Shown piece after piece: positions 15,302-23,407 of a DNA stretch of 23,407 nt (the stretch's first letter is position 1; every line of letters starts with the position of its first letter). Below the pieces are notes generated by a model. It was not told the origin of the DNA. It saw nothing but the letters and a program-made list of their open reading frames with translations, and ran no database searches. The position numbers were made by a program, and so were the translations under genes. Source of the DNA: Nitrospinota bacterium (GTDB taxonomy: Bacteria > UBA8248); assembly GCA_046581755.1 (NCBI GenBank), contig JAYGFR010000118.1, forward strand, positions 1 through 23,407, in the 5' to 3' direction.

Positions 15302-17595
15302 GCGCACCCGAGGCCCGCACGGGCGCGCCGCCCGAATATCTCGCCGGCCTGAATCCCCAGCAGCTCGAAGCCGTCCTCGCCCCGCCGGGTCCCGCGCTGG
15401 TCCTCGCCGGAGCGGGATCGGGAAAAACCCGCGTCATCGTGCACCGCATTCTGCACCTTCTCTCGGAAGGGACGCCCCCGGGGGCGGTTCTCGCCCTCAC
15501 GTTCACGAATAAGGCGGCGGGTGAGATGCGCGAGCGCCTGAAGGCCACGCTCGGGCCCCGCTCCCGGGGCGTCTGGCTGGGGACGTTTCACGCGATCGGG
15601 GCGCGCATTCTCCGCGCCGAGAGCGAGCGTGCCGGGCTGCCACGGGATTTTGTCATCCTGAGTCGGGGCGAATGCATCACGCTCTTGAAGCGTGAAATGA
15701 AAAAAGACGGGCTCGACCCCGAGCGCTACCCGCCCAGGAATATTCTCGAACACATCGGGCGCATGAAAACCAGCCGGGGGGCCCCCGCCGGAGAAGCCCC
15801 GGATGGGGGCGGCTTCGCGCATAGCGCGGAGGCCGTGGCCGCCCGCCTGGCGCCCCGCTACGGGAGGGCCCTCCGCGCCGCTGGGGCGCTCGATTTCGAC
15901 GACCTCCTCGCCCTGCCGCTCCGCCTGTTCGGGAACCATCCCGATGTCCTGGCCCGCTACCGCGGGCAATTCGCGGAAATTCTCGTGGATGAGTACCAGG
16001 ACACCAACGCGGTCCAGAACCGGATGGTCCGCCTGCTGGCCGGTGAGGGGGGGCGGGTGTTCGCGGTGGGCGACGACGATCAGAGCATCTACCGCTGGCG
16101 GGGGGCCGAGGTGGAAAATATCCACCGCTTCGAGGCGGAGTTTCCGGGTGCGCGCGTGTTCCGGCTGGAGGAGAATTACCGCTCCTCGGGACGAATCCTC
16201 GCCGCCGCCGGGGCCGTGATGCAGGCGGCGCGGGTCCGGAGAAAAAAAAACCTTTTTACGAACAATCCCTCCGGAGAGCCGGTCGCCTATTTCGCCGGGG
16301 CCGACCCGCCCGTGGAGGCGCAGATGATATTCCAGCGCCTGGCGAAGGCCGGGGCGGGAGACGCGATCCCCTGGGGGGAGGTGGCCATCTTCTACCGGAC
16401 GAACACGCAATCGCGCCTGCTCGAAGAAGAGGCCCGCCGCAGGAAAATTCCCTACCAGGTGGTCAAGGGCCAACGCTTTTTCGACCGCACCGAGGTGCAG
16501 GATCTTTCGGCCTATCTGCGCGTTATCTCGAACCCCGGTGACGCCGCCGCCTTCACCCGGATCGTCAACCGGCCCGCGCGGGGGCTGGGTCCGGCGAAGG
16601 TCCTGGCGATTTCGGGCGGAGGAGAGGACGCTCTCGTATCGGTGGGTGCGGCGCGCGATGCGCTGGCCTCGGGACGCGTGACCGGGGCGGCGGGGCGCTC
16701 GCTGGATGCGCTCCTCGGCCTGATCGAGTCCTTGCCGAAAAAACGCCTGGGGCCGGTCGATCTGCTCGAGGAGATTCTCGGGCAGACGGGATATCGGCGC
16801 TGGCTGGAGGAAATGTCGCAAAAGAGCACATCGCCCGAACGGCGGCGCGCGGCGGCGCGCGGTCTCGAGGGGGTCGCCGAATTCGTCTCGGCCGCGCTGG
16901 CCTTCGAGGAGCGGATACGCGAGGAGGAGGGGCTGATGCCCGAAGAGCCGGAGGCGATGACGCGCTTCTTGGAGGACATGACCCTCTCCAGCGAGGCGGA
17001 CGAACTGGACGGCGATGAGGGCCGCCTTTCCCTGATGACGCTCCACGCGGCCAAGGGGCTCGAATTCCGGGCGGTGGCGGTGGCCGGGGTCCAGGACGGT
17101 CTCATCCCCCACAGCCGCTCGACGGGCGATCCGGAATCGCTCGATGAAGAGCGGCGGCTGCTCTACGTCGGCATGACGCGGGCCAAGGAGCGCCTGATGC
17201 TCTCGTGGGCGATGGAGCGCCGACCGGAGAACGGATCGGGCGGCTGGGCCTCGCGCCCTAGCCGGTTCCTGGAGTCCATCGGCGGCGACCTGATTCAGGT
17301 CGAGGCGCCCCCGGCGACGGAGCAGTCCGGGGCGTCCCGATTCGGGGGAAGGGGAGACCGGGAGGCCGGGCCGGCGCGCGGCGCCGGGGGCGGGCAGAAG
17401 GAATCGAGGGTGCCCGCCAAGGCGCTTGGCCCCTTTGGGCCCGGGGCGCGGGTGGTTCACGCGAAATTCGGCGAAGGGCGTATCACGTCGCGCTCGGGGA
17501 CCGGAGACCGCGCGGTCGTCACCGTCGATTTCGAGCGGGTGGGGACGAAAAAACTCGTCCTCAAGTACGCGGGTCTGAACCCGGCCGGGTCCTGA
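15298..17595 (+). CDS. pcrA: ATP-dependent DNA helicase UvrD/PcrA
   Basis: LNPQQ, AGAGSGKT, TFTNKAA, VDEYQD, VGDDDQSIYRWRGA, LEENYRS, TLHAAKGLEF and EERRLLYVGMTRAK, with a C-terminal Tudor-like VHAKFGEG. Confidence 0.95.
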   Translation: MSAPEARTGAPPEYLAGLNPQQLEAVLAPPGPALVLAGAGSGKTRVIVHRILHLLSEGTPPGAVLALTFTNKAAGEMRERLKATLGPRSRGVWLGTFHAIGARILRAESERAGLPRDFVILSRGECITLLKREMKKDGLDPERYPPRNILEHIGRMKTSRGAPAGEAPDGGGFAHSAEAVAARLAPRYGRALRAAGALDFDDLLALPLRLFGNHPDVLARYRGQFAEILVDEYQDTNAVQNRMVRLLAGEGGRVFAVGDDDQSIYRWRGAEVENIHRFEAEFPGARVFRLEENYRSSGRILAAAGAVMQAARVRRKKNLFTNNPSGEPVAYFAGADPPVEAQMIFQRLAKAGAGDAIPWGEVAIFYRTNTQSRLLEEEARRRKIPYQVVKGQRFFDRTEVQDLSAYLRVISNPGDAAAFTRIVNRPARGLGPAKVLAISGGGEDALVSVGAARDALASGRVTGAAGRSLDALLGLIESLPKKRLGPVDLLEEILGQTGYRRWLEEMSQKSTSPERRRAAARGLEGVAEFVSAALAFEERIREEEGLMPEEPEAMTRFLEDMTLSSEADELDGDEGRLSLMTLHAAKGLEFRAVAVAGVQDGLIPHSRSTGDPESLDEERRLLYVGMTRAKERLMLSWAMERRPENGSGGWASRPSRFLESIGGDLIQVEAPPATEQSGASRFGGRGDREAGPARGAGGGQKESRVPAKALGPFGPGARVVHAKFGEGRITSRSGTGDRAVVTVDFERVGTKKLVLKYAGLNPAGS

Positions 17596-17613
17596 ACCCG
17601 TCCGGCGGCAGCG

Positions 17614-17643
17614 TTGACGGCAGAGAAATTCCGAATGTATAAA
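17614..17643 (+). promoter_or_regulatory. Putative sigma70 promoter for gatC and the mqn genes
   Basis: TTGACG-N18-TATAAA, followed by the RBS GGAGGT at 17651. Confidence 0.55.
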
Positions 17644-17663
17644 CGCATCGGGAGGTAATCGGC

Positions 17664-17948
17664 ATGGCCATTTCACGAGAGGATGTGCTGCACGTCTCGC
17701 GCCTGGCGAGGCTGGATCTCAGTGAAGCCGATGTGGACAAACTCACCGGTGAGCTCGGGAGCATTCTCGAATACGTCTCGAAACTGGACGAACTCGACAC
17801 GGAGGGCGTTCCACCCACGGCGCACGTTCTCGATATCTCCAACGTGTTTCGGGAAGACGTCGTCGATACCACCCCCATCGAGGGGATGGAGCGGATGGCG
17901 CCCGACTTTTCCCGGGGGCATTTCCGCGTCCCCAGGGTCATCGGTTAA
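17664..17948 (+). CDS. gatC: Asp/Glu-tRNA amidotransferase subunit C
   Basis: ISREDVLHVSRLARL, ILEYVSKLDELDTEGVPPT, NVFRED and FRVPRVI; 94 aa; strong RBS. Confidence 0.95.
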   Translation: MAISREDVLHVSRLARLDLSEADVDKLTGELGSILEYVSKLDELDTEGVPPTAHVLDISNVFREDVVDTTPIEGMERMAPDFSRGHFRVPRVIG

Positions 17949-17967
17949 CCTCTCCGCAGGATAAACG

Positions 17968-19431
17968 ATGGCCTACGATTCACTCCAAGGTTTTGTCTCC
18001 GATCTCGACCGCGCGGGCGAGTTGCGCCGCATCGCCGCCCCGGTGGACGTTGAGCTCGAGATCGCCGAAATCGCCGACCGCTGCGTGAAGTCGGGCGGTC
18101 CGGCTCTTTTGTTCGAGGCCCCTACCGCGCCCGGCGGTGAGCGCTTCGATATCCCCGTTCTCATCAACGCCTACGCATCCGACAAGCGGATCGCGATGGC
18201 GCTCGGCGTCGAGAGCCTCGATGCCGTGGCCGGGGAAGTGGCCGAGCTTCTCGAGATCAAGCCGCCCGAGGGCATCCTCGAGAAGGTCAAGATGCTGCCC
18301 AAGCTGGCGCGCCTGGCCTCGTTCTCGCCCAAGACGCTGAGCTCGGGGCCGTGCCAGGAGATTGCCGAGACCCAAAGCCCCGACCTGTTCTCGATTCCGG
18401 CCCTCAAATGCTGGCCCGAGGACGGCGGCCGCTACATCACCCTGCCCCATGTGTACTCGCGCAACCCGCGCACCGGGCGGCGCAACGTGGGGATGTACCG
18501 GATCCAGTTTTTCGATTCGAAGACCGCCGGGATGCACATGCACCTCCACCACGACGGTGCGCAAAACTACCGCGAGAGCGAGGGCATGGGCCGGCGGATG
18601 GAGATGGCCGTCGCCCTCGGGGGAGACCCGGTATACGCCTACGCGGCGGGCGCGCGCCTTCCGCCGGGAATCGATGAGTTGACGCTGGCGGGATTTCTCC
18701 GGAGAAAGAGCGTCGGCATCGTGAAATGCAAGACGGTGGACGTGGAGGTTCCGGCGGATTCGGACATCGTGATCGAGGGCTATCTGGAGCCGGGCGATCT
18801 CAGAAGTGAGGGCCCCTTCGGGGACCATACGGGCTGGTATTCCCTGGCGGAGGATTATCCGGTCTTTCACGTAACCGCCATCACGCGCCGCCGCGAGGCG
18901 ATCTATCCGACGATCATCGTCGGGAAGCCTCCCATGGAGGACTACTGGCTGGGCGGCGCGACGGGGCGGATTTTCATGCCGCTCATGAAGATGCAGCTTC
19001 CCGAGATCGTGGACATGCACATGCCCGCCGAGGGCGTGTTCCACAACATGGTGATCGTCTCGATTCGCAAATCGTTTCCCTATCACGCCCGCAAGGTCAT
19101 GTTCGCCCTCTGGGGGATGGGGCAGATGTCCCTGGCCAAGTGCATCGTGATTGTCGATGAGGACGTGGACGTGCACAACGTCAGCGAGGTGGCCTGGAAG
19201 GTCCTCGGCAGCATCGATCCGCGCCGGGATTTCGTTTTTGTGGACGGTCCGGTCGATGCGCTGGAGCATGCCTCCGAGCGGCCTCTTATCGGCTCCAAGG
19301 TGGGGATCGACGGCACCCGGAAATGGGCGAGTGAGGGATTCGCCCGCGTGTGGCCGGGCGAGATCGTCATGAGCGATGAGATCCGCGAGCGGGTGACTGA
19401 GCGCTGGAAGGAGTACGGCCTTGACGGCTGA
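17968..19431 (+). CDS. mqnL: UbiD-family menaquinone biosynthesis decarboxylase (MqnL type)
   Basis: GGPALLFE, WPEDGGRYITLP, RNVGMYR, EGPFGDHTGWY, VGKPPMED, LWGMGQM, GPVDALEH and GIDGTRKW. Confidence 0.88.
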   Translation: MAYDSLQGFVSDLDRAGELRRIAAPVDVELEIAEIADRCVKSGGPALLFEAPTAPGGERFDIPVLINAYASDKRIAMALGVESLDAVAGEVAELLEIKPPEGILEKVKMLPKLARLASFSPKTLSSGPCQEIAETQSPDLFSIPALKCWPEDGGRYITLPHVYSRNPRTGRRNVGMYRIQFFDSKTAGMHMHLHHDGAQNYRESEGMGRRMEMAVALGGDPVYAYAAGARLPPGIDELTLAGFLRRKSVGIVKCKTVDVEVPADSDIVIEGYLEPGDLRSEGPFGDHTGWYSLAEDYPVFHVTAITRRREAIYPTIIVGKPPMEDYWLGGATGRIFMPLMKMQLPEIVDMHMPAEGVFHNMVIVSIRKSFPYHARKVMFALWGMGQMSLAKCIVIVDEDVDVHNVSEVAWKVLGSIDPRRDFVFVDGPVDALEHASERPLIGSKVGIDGTRKWASEGFARVWPGEIVMSDEIRERVTERWKEYGLDG

Positions 19432-20326
19432 GGCGGCGAGGCGCCGGAGCGGCGACGAAGGGGGCCTCGCGGCGAGCCTTCGGCTTTTTCTCCGCATGGT
19501 GAAGTTCGAGCACACCCTCTTCGGCCTGCCCTTCGTGTTCATGGGGGGCGTTCTGGCGGCGGGGGGGATGCCCGCGGGGCGCACGCTCTTCTGGATGATC
19601 GCGGCGGCGGCGGGGGCCCGGAATTTCGCCATGTCGCTCAATCGCTTTGCCGACCGCCGGCTCGATCTCCAGAACCCCCGGACGAGGGATCGGGCCGAAT
19701 TCCAGGGCCTCCTCGGATCGGGGCGCATATGGGTTCTCATGATCGCCTTCGCCGGCTTGTTCGTTTTTTCGGCCTGGATGCTCAACCCGCTGGCGTTCGG
19801 GCTCTCCTTCGCCGTCGTGGGCGTCACCGTTCTCTACAGCTACTCGAAGCGCTTCACCTCGTTCAGCCATATTTTTCTGGGCTTTGTCCTGGGGGCCGCC
19901 CCGGCGGGCGCCTGGGTCGCCGTGCGGGGGGAGTTGGGGTGGGTGCCCGTCCTTCTTTTCGCCGGGGTGACGCTCTGGGTGGCCGGATTTGACATGATCT
20001 ACGCCTGCCTCGACGTGGAGTTCGACCGGGCCGAAAACCTCTTCTCCTTGCCGCGCCTTTTGGGCATCCGGGGGGCGCTCATCGCCTCGGCGGCGGCGCA
20101 TGCCGGGACGGCGGCGTTTCTTTTCCTGGCCGGGCGGATGGCGGGCCTCGGCGCGCTCTACTGGGGGGGGCTGGCCTTGGCGTGCGCGCTCCTTGTGTGG
20201 GAGCACTGGGTGGTCCGGCCCGGCGATCTGAGCCGGGTGAATCTTTCCTTTTTCAACATCAACGCCTGGGTGTCGGTGATCGTCTCGGCAGGCGCGCTGG
20301 CGGACGTATTTCTCGCGGGCCGGTGA
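19421..20326 (+). CDS. mqnP: UbiA-family polyprenyltransferase (MqnP type)
   Basis: KFEHTLFGLPF, ARNFAMSLNRFADRRLD..NPRT..R, YSYSKRFT, GFDMIYACLDVEFD and FFNIN; multiple TM helices. Confidence 0.88.
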   Translation: MTAEAARRRSGDEGGLAASLRLFLRMVKFEHTLFGLPFVFMGGVLAAGGMPAGRTLFWMIAAAAGARNFAMSLNRFADRRLDLQNPRTRDRAEFQGLLGSGRIWVLMIAFAGLFVFSAWMLNPLAFGLSFAVVGVTVLYSYSKRFTSFSHIFLGFVLGAAPAGAWVAVRGELGWVPVLLFAGVTLWVAGFDMIYACLDVEFDRAENLFSLPRLLGIRGALIASAAAHAGTAAFLFLAGRMAGLGALYWGGLALACALLVWEHWVVRPGDLSRVNLSFFNINAWVSVIVSAGALADVFLAGR

Positions 20327-20337
20327 GAGGGGCGCCC

Positions 20338-21066
20338 GTGCCCGTCAAAATTGAGCGCGACCGTGTGCGCGAGATGTTCTCGGACATCGCGCCGACCTAT
20401 GACCTCCTGAACCGCCTTCTCAGCTTTGGAATCGACCGCATCTGGCGCCGGGCCGCCGTCCGCGCCCTGATCGATGGGCTCGCCTTCGACCGCCCGGCGC
20501 GGTTCCTCGACCTGGCGACGGGTACGGGGGACGTTGCCCTCGCGGTCCGCCGCCGCCTTCCCGAAGAAGGCGGCGTGCAAATCGTGGGGGCCGATCTGGC
20601 GTTCCCGATGCTGGCCATCGGCCGCCGGAAAGCGGAGGGGAGGGGCGCCGGCGTTGGTTTTCTCCAGGCCGATGCGCTCTCGCTGCCCTTCGGGGAGGGC
20701 GCGTTCGACGGGGCCATCATCGCCTTCGGCCTCCGCAACCTCGAGGATCGCCCGGCGGGCCTGGCCGAGATGGCCCGCGTTCTCCGGCCGGGGGGGCGGC
20801 TCGTCGTCCTCGAATTCGGGGCGCCTCGGGGCCTCTTCGGAGGGTTCTACCATTTCTACTTCCGCTGGGTTCTTCCGGTGGCCGGGCGCATCGTGTCGGG
20901 CCACCCGACCGCTTATACCTATCTGCCCTCGACGGTTTCGGATTTTCCCGCGCCCGGCGAATTGTGCGCGATGATGGGCGAGGCGGGTTTGGGGGAGGTC
21001 CGGAACCGTCCGATGACGGGCGGCATCGTACAGGTCTATTCCGGGGTGCGTCTCGGAGACGCCTAG
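20338..21066 (+). CDS. menG: Demethylmenaquinone methyltransferase (UbiE/MenG)
   Basis: MFSDIAPTYDLLNRLLSFGID..WRR, LDLATGTGD, FGLRN, RVLRPGG...LEF and AYTYLPST. GTG start at 20338. Confidence 0.92.
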   Translation: MPVKIERDRVREMFSDIAPTYDLLNRLLSFGIDRIWRRAAVRALIDGLAFDRPARFLDLATGTGDVALAVRRRLPEEGGVQIVGADLAFPMLAIGRRKAEGRGAGVGFLQADALSLPFGEGAFDGAIIAFGLRNLEDRPAGLAEMARVLRPGGRLVVLEFGAPRGLFGGFYHFYFRWVLPVAGRIVSGHPTAYTYLPSTVSDFPAPGELCAMMGEAGLGEVRNRPMTGGIVQVYSGVRLGDA

Positions 21067-21596
21067 ATGAATTTTTCCGGATGCCCGGTTCCGCCCTGCG
21101 AGCCCGCCCGGAACACAGGTGTTAGCCGCTCCCGCGCGAGGAGCGGAATCGTCTCGGGGTGCCGGAGGCATTCCTTGTCGTCGGGAAGGCCCGCAACGCC
21201 GGCATGCACCGAGACGGCCACGCCCGCCGGAAGGCAGACCCCGAGCTCTTCGTCTTTCGAGGCGATGATTCGGATAAGGGCGCGCATTCCTTCCGGAGGG
21301 GTGTTGGAGGCCACGAGAAGAAACGTGTCCCGGGTCCAGCGCCCGAGAATATCCCCTGTGCGGACGTTCAGAAGAAGAAACTGGGCCAGCTTATGCGCGG
21401 CGGCGGCGTCCGCGCTCTGCTCGATCTCATCCAGCCTCCGCCACCATTTCGCCTGAATCAGGAGGCAGGAAAGCGGTGTGCCGTACCGCACCGAGCGGGC
21501 GAAGGCTTCACTCAGGTGATGAATGAGAAAAAGGCGGTTATAGAGGCCGCTTTCCTCGTCCACGAGTTTGAGCCAATCGGGCCTATTTTCGAACAT
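21063..21596 (-). CDS. Stand-alone degenerate GGDEF-domain protein with an RxxD I-site
   Basis: DEESGLYNR (canonical DxLTGLxNR), ARSVRYGTPLSCLLI, RTGD-ILGRW-TRDTF-LL and VSVHAGVA. ATG at 21596 with GGGGA upstream. Its stop overlaps the menG stop in CTAG. Confidence 0.8.
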   Translation of the reverse strand: MFENRPDWLKLVDEESGLYNRLFLIHHLSEAFARSVRYGTPLSCLLIQAKWWRRLDEIEQSADAAAAHKLAQFLLLNVRTGDILGRWTRDTFLLVASNTPPEGMRALIRIIASKDEELGVCLPAGVAVSVHAGVAGLPDDKECLRHPETIPLLARERLTPVFRAGSQGGTGHPEKFI

Positions 21597-21795
21597 GGAT
21601 TCGAATTCCCCAAATGAAAACCCGCGGACCCGGCGGCGGGACTCTTGAGGCGGGGGGTATACGGATTTCGGCCCGGCCCTTAAAGCGGGACACCATCCCC
21701 CATCAAAAGAGAGTGCAAGGTTCGTACCCCTCCGCGAGAGGACCGATTTGCGGGGCTCATAGACGTTTTTATCAATATCGCGGGTTTCAGGCGGC

Positions 21796-21822
21796 AATTC
21801 CCTCCTCTGACAGGGGGGAATT
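21796..21822. terminator. Hairpin downstream of the DJ-1 gene, possible terminator
   Basis: AATTCCCTCCT-ctgac-AGGGGGGAATT forms an 11-bp stem with one imperfect pair. There is no strong U-tract. Confidence 0.35.
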
Positions 21823-21857
21823 TGACGTCGCAGGGAGGTGAATTTCCTCAGGTTTTC

Positions 21858-22439
21858 TCAGGCTGGGGCGGGCGGCGCCGCCTGGTAGGGATAGTCCATC
21901 TGGGTCTGAATCGCGTTTTTGGCGGCAGTACCCGCCAGTTTTTCGCAAATGTAGAGGCCGAGATCGATGGACGAGGAGACCCCGCCGCCCGTGATGACAT
22001 CTCCGGCATCCACGATGCGGTCCTTAGAGACGTCCGGTGTGTAGGCCTCCAGAAGCTCGTAGGCTGCCGGATGGGTGGTGGCGCGCCGCCCTTCGAGAAA
22101 CCCCGCCGCCCCCCAAATCAGGGAGCCCGTACAGACGGAAACCTTGTAGCGGCAGGGCGAGGCCGTTTTGATCCAGCCGATGAATTCGGGGTCGTCCTTG
22201 AGGGTGCGGGTTCCCATTCCGCCCGGGATAAACACCAGGTCATAGCCCTCAAGCGGCTCATCCACCGCATCCGCCTGGATGAGAAGACCCGTCCCGTCCC
22301 GGACCTCCCGGGTGCGGGCGCATACGCGCCATTCCATGTCCTCGATAAACCCCATCGTTTTGAGGCGGGTGACGGGATCGTGGAAGCCCACGAAATCGAG
22401 GGAGGTCAGATTTTCGAAAATAACGAAGGCGACTTTCAT
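21858..22439 (-). CDS. DJ-1/PfpI family protein, isonitrile-hydratase-like branch
   Basis: LTSLDFVG (Asp), FIPGG, nucleophile SVCTGSL, ATTH, TGGGVSSSIDLGL and C-terminal QMDYP. RBS AGAGGA. Confidence 0.9.
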   Translation of the reverse strand: MKVAFVIFENLTSLDFVGFHDPVTRLKTMGFIEDMEWRVCARTREVRDGTGLLIQADAVDEPLEGYDLVFIPGGMGTRTLKDDPEFIGWIKTASPCRYKVSVCTGSLIWGAAGFLEGRRATTHPAAYELLEAYTPDVSKDRIVDAGDVITGGGVSSSIDLGLYICEKLAGTAAKNAIQTQMDYPYQAAPPAPA

Positions 22440-22457
22440 GGCTTTATCCTCTTAAAA

Positions 22458-22565
22458 TTGGACCCACCAGTTTTGGTTGGACCCACCGGTTTTGAATTGG
22501 CCTCATCGGTTTTGACCGGACCCACCGGTTTGGGTTGGCCCCACCGGCTTTGGCTGGCCCACCGG
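22458..22565. repeat. Tandem array of about six 19-bp units, consensus TTGGACCCACCGGTTTTGG
   Basis: Units start at 22458 (ttggacccaccagttttgg), 22477 (ttggacccaccggttttgaa), 22497 (ttggcctcatcggttttga), 22516 (ccggacccaccggtttggg), 22535 (ttggccccaccggctttgg) and 22554 (ctggcccaccgg, partial). Confidence 0.9.
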
Positions 22566-22676
22566 GGCGCCGGTTTCGCGGTTCATCGCTTCTGGAGCCA
22601 CCTCTGGAACCACTGGGGGCATGCTGGTATTCTACCCGGAACGAACATGGTTGGATAATCGCGCGAGGGAGCGGTC

Positions 22677-23407
22677 ATGAAATACGGCAAGGGCGAGGCG
22701 AAGGAGTACGCAAAAGAAGCCCTCCGGGGAATCTGGACCTCGCTTCCCTACCATTTCACCGAAGCCGACGAACTCGACGAGGCCGCCATCCGCCGCAACG
22801 TCGATATCGTCATCGACGACCTGCGGGTGGACGGCCACTACAGCGACGGAAACGTGGCCGAGTTCTGGTCCATGCCGCTCGAGGAGCGAAAGCGCGCCCA
22901 AGAGGTCATGCTCGAGGCGACGGCGGGCCGCGTGTCCCTCATGGCCGGGGCCACCACCAATCGGCCAAGGAAGCCCTCGCCCTCACCCGCCACGCCCAGG
23001 ACATCGGCTGCGATTTCGCCATCCTCCTGACCCCCTATATCGCCTCGAACAACGACCGCTCGGTTCTGGAGTTTTTCCGCTACATCGCCGAGCGGGTGGA
23101 GATCGGCCTCGTCCTGTTCAACTCGCCGGGCGCGACCTATCCGATCAGCCCCGAACTCGCCAAGGAGCTTATCCGGATTCCCAACGTCTGCGGGATGAAG
23201 CAGGCCGACCACAACCCCTACACCACGCTCCGGCTGCAAGAGGAGGTGGGGGAAGACATCCGGATTAGCGTGGCGGACGAGAACGTCTGGTTCCACAACA
23301 TGACCCAGCTCGGCCACCGCTGGCTGCTCACCTACACGCCCCACATGTACCAGGTGCCGGGCCGGCTCCCCATCAAGGAATACACCGATCTCGTCATCGC
23401 CGGAGAG
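22677..23407 (+). CDS. Dihydrodipicolinate synthase/N-acetylneuraminate lyase family aldolase, with one frameshift near 22950; truncated by the window end
   Basis: GIW..LPYHF...ELDEAAIRRN, GNVAEFWSM..EER, then in the next frame SAKEALALTRHAQDIGCDFAILLTPY...FFRYIA...LFNSPG...IPNVCGMKQ (Schiff-base Lys). RBS GAGGGAG. Confidence 0.85.

Noticed and set aside
16242..16250. A9 run in the helicase as a phase-variable tract
   Set aside because: It is in frame (R-K-K-N) in a conserved housekeeping gene, with no sign of slippage.
15235..19827. Long antisense ORFs (813 aa at 15235-17676, 615 aa at 17980-19827; likewise 10653-12491 and 13994-15307)
   Set aside because: They are shadows of well-conserved plus-strand genes in GC-rich DNA and carry no family motifs.
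21700..21760. tRNA suggested by GGTTCGTACCC (T-loop-like)
   Set aside because: I could not build an acceptor stem, D-arm or anticodon arm around it.
21597..21797. 67-aa N-terminal extension of the GGDEF ORF given in the track
   Set aside because: Domain similarity begins right after the ATG at 21596, which has an RBS. The extension looks non-coding.
22458..22565. CRISPR array
   Set aside because: The units are contiguous with no unique spacers, only 19 bp long, and there are no cas genes in the window.
21822..22658. 278-aa plus-strand ORF spanning the 19-bp array
   Set aside because: It is antisense to DJ-1, and the 19-bp period does not preserve a peptide repeat.

Overview
GC-rich bacterial chromosomal window of mostly housekeeping and metabolic genes, with no mobile element, CRISPR array, rRNA or tRNA that I can see. 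Gene order: tatC (partial) and tatB on the minus strand; a twice-frameshifted secreted YncE/YVTN beta-propeller; a DEDDh exonuclease fused to a UvrC-N-like region; PaaK-like CoA ligase, SCP2-type thiolase, DUF35, an NtrC-like regulator and a GlmU N-terminal-only gene; an archaeal-type GlmU-like gene, glmS, glmM, a stand-alone hexapeptide acetyltransferase and uvrD/pcrA; gatC, mqnL (ubiD-like), mqnP (ubiA-like) and menG/ubiE; then a degenerate GGDEF gene and a DJ-1/PfpI gene on the minus strand, a 19-bp tandem array, and a frameshifted DapA-family aldolase running off the end. The most interesting signal is a UDP-GlcNAc pathway with a split GlmU whose halves keep their catalytic motifs, next to a full-length GlmU-like paralog directly upstream of glmS that lacks the catalytic Arg and His (candidate pseudoenzyme regulator). 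Three more domains look catalytically dead: a GIY-YIG, a sigma54 AAA+, and a GGDEF with an intact RxxD site. All calls come from reading motifs by eye; no searches were run.
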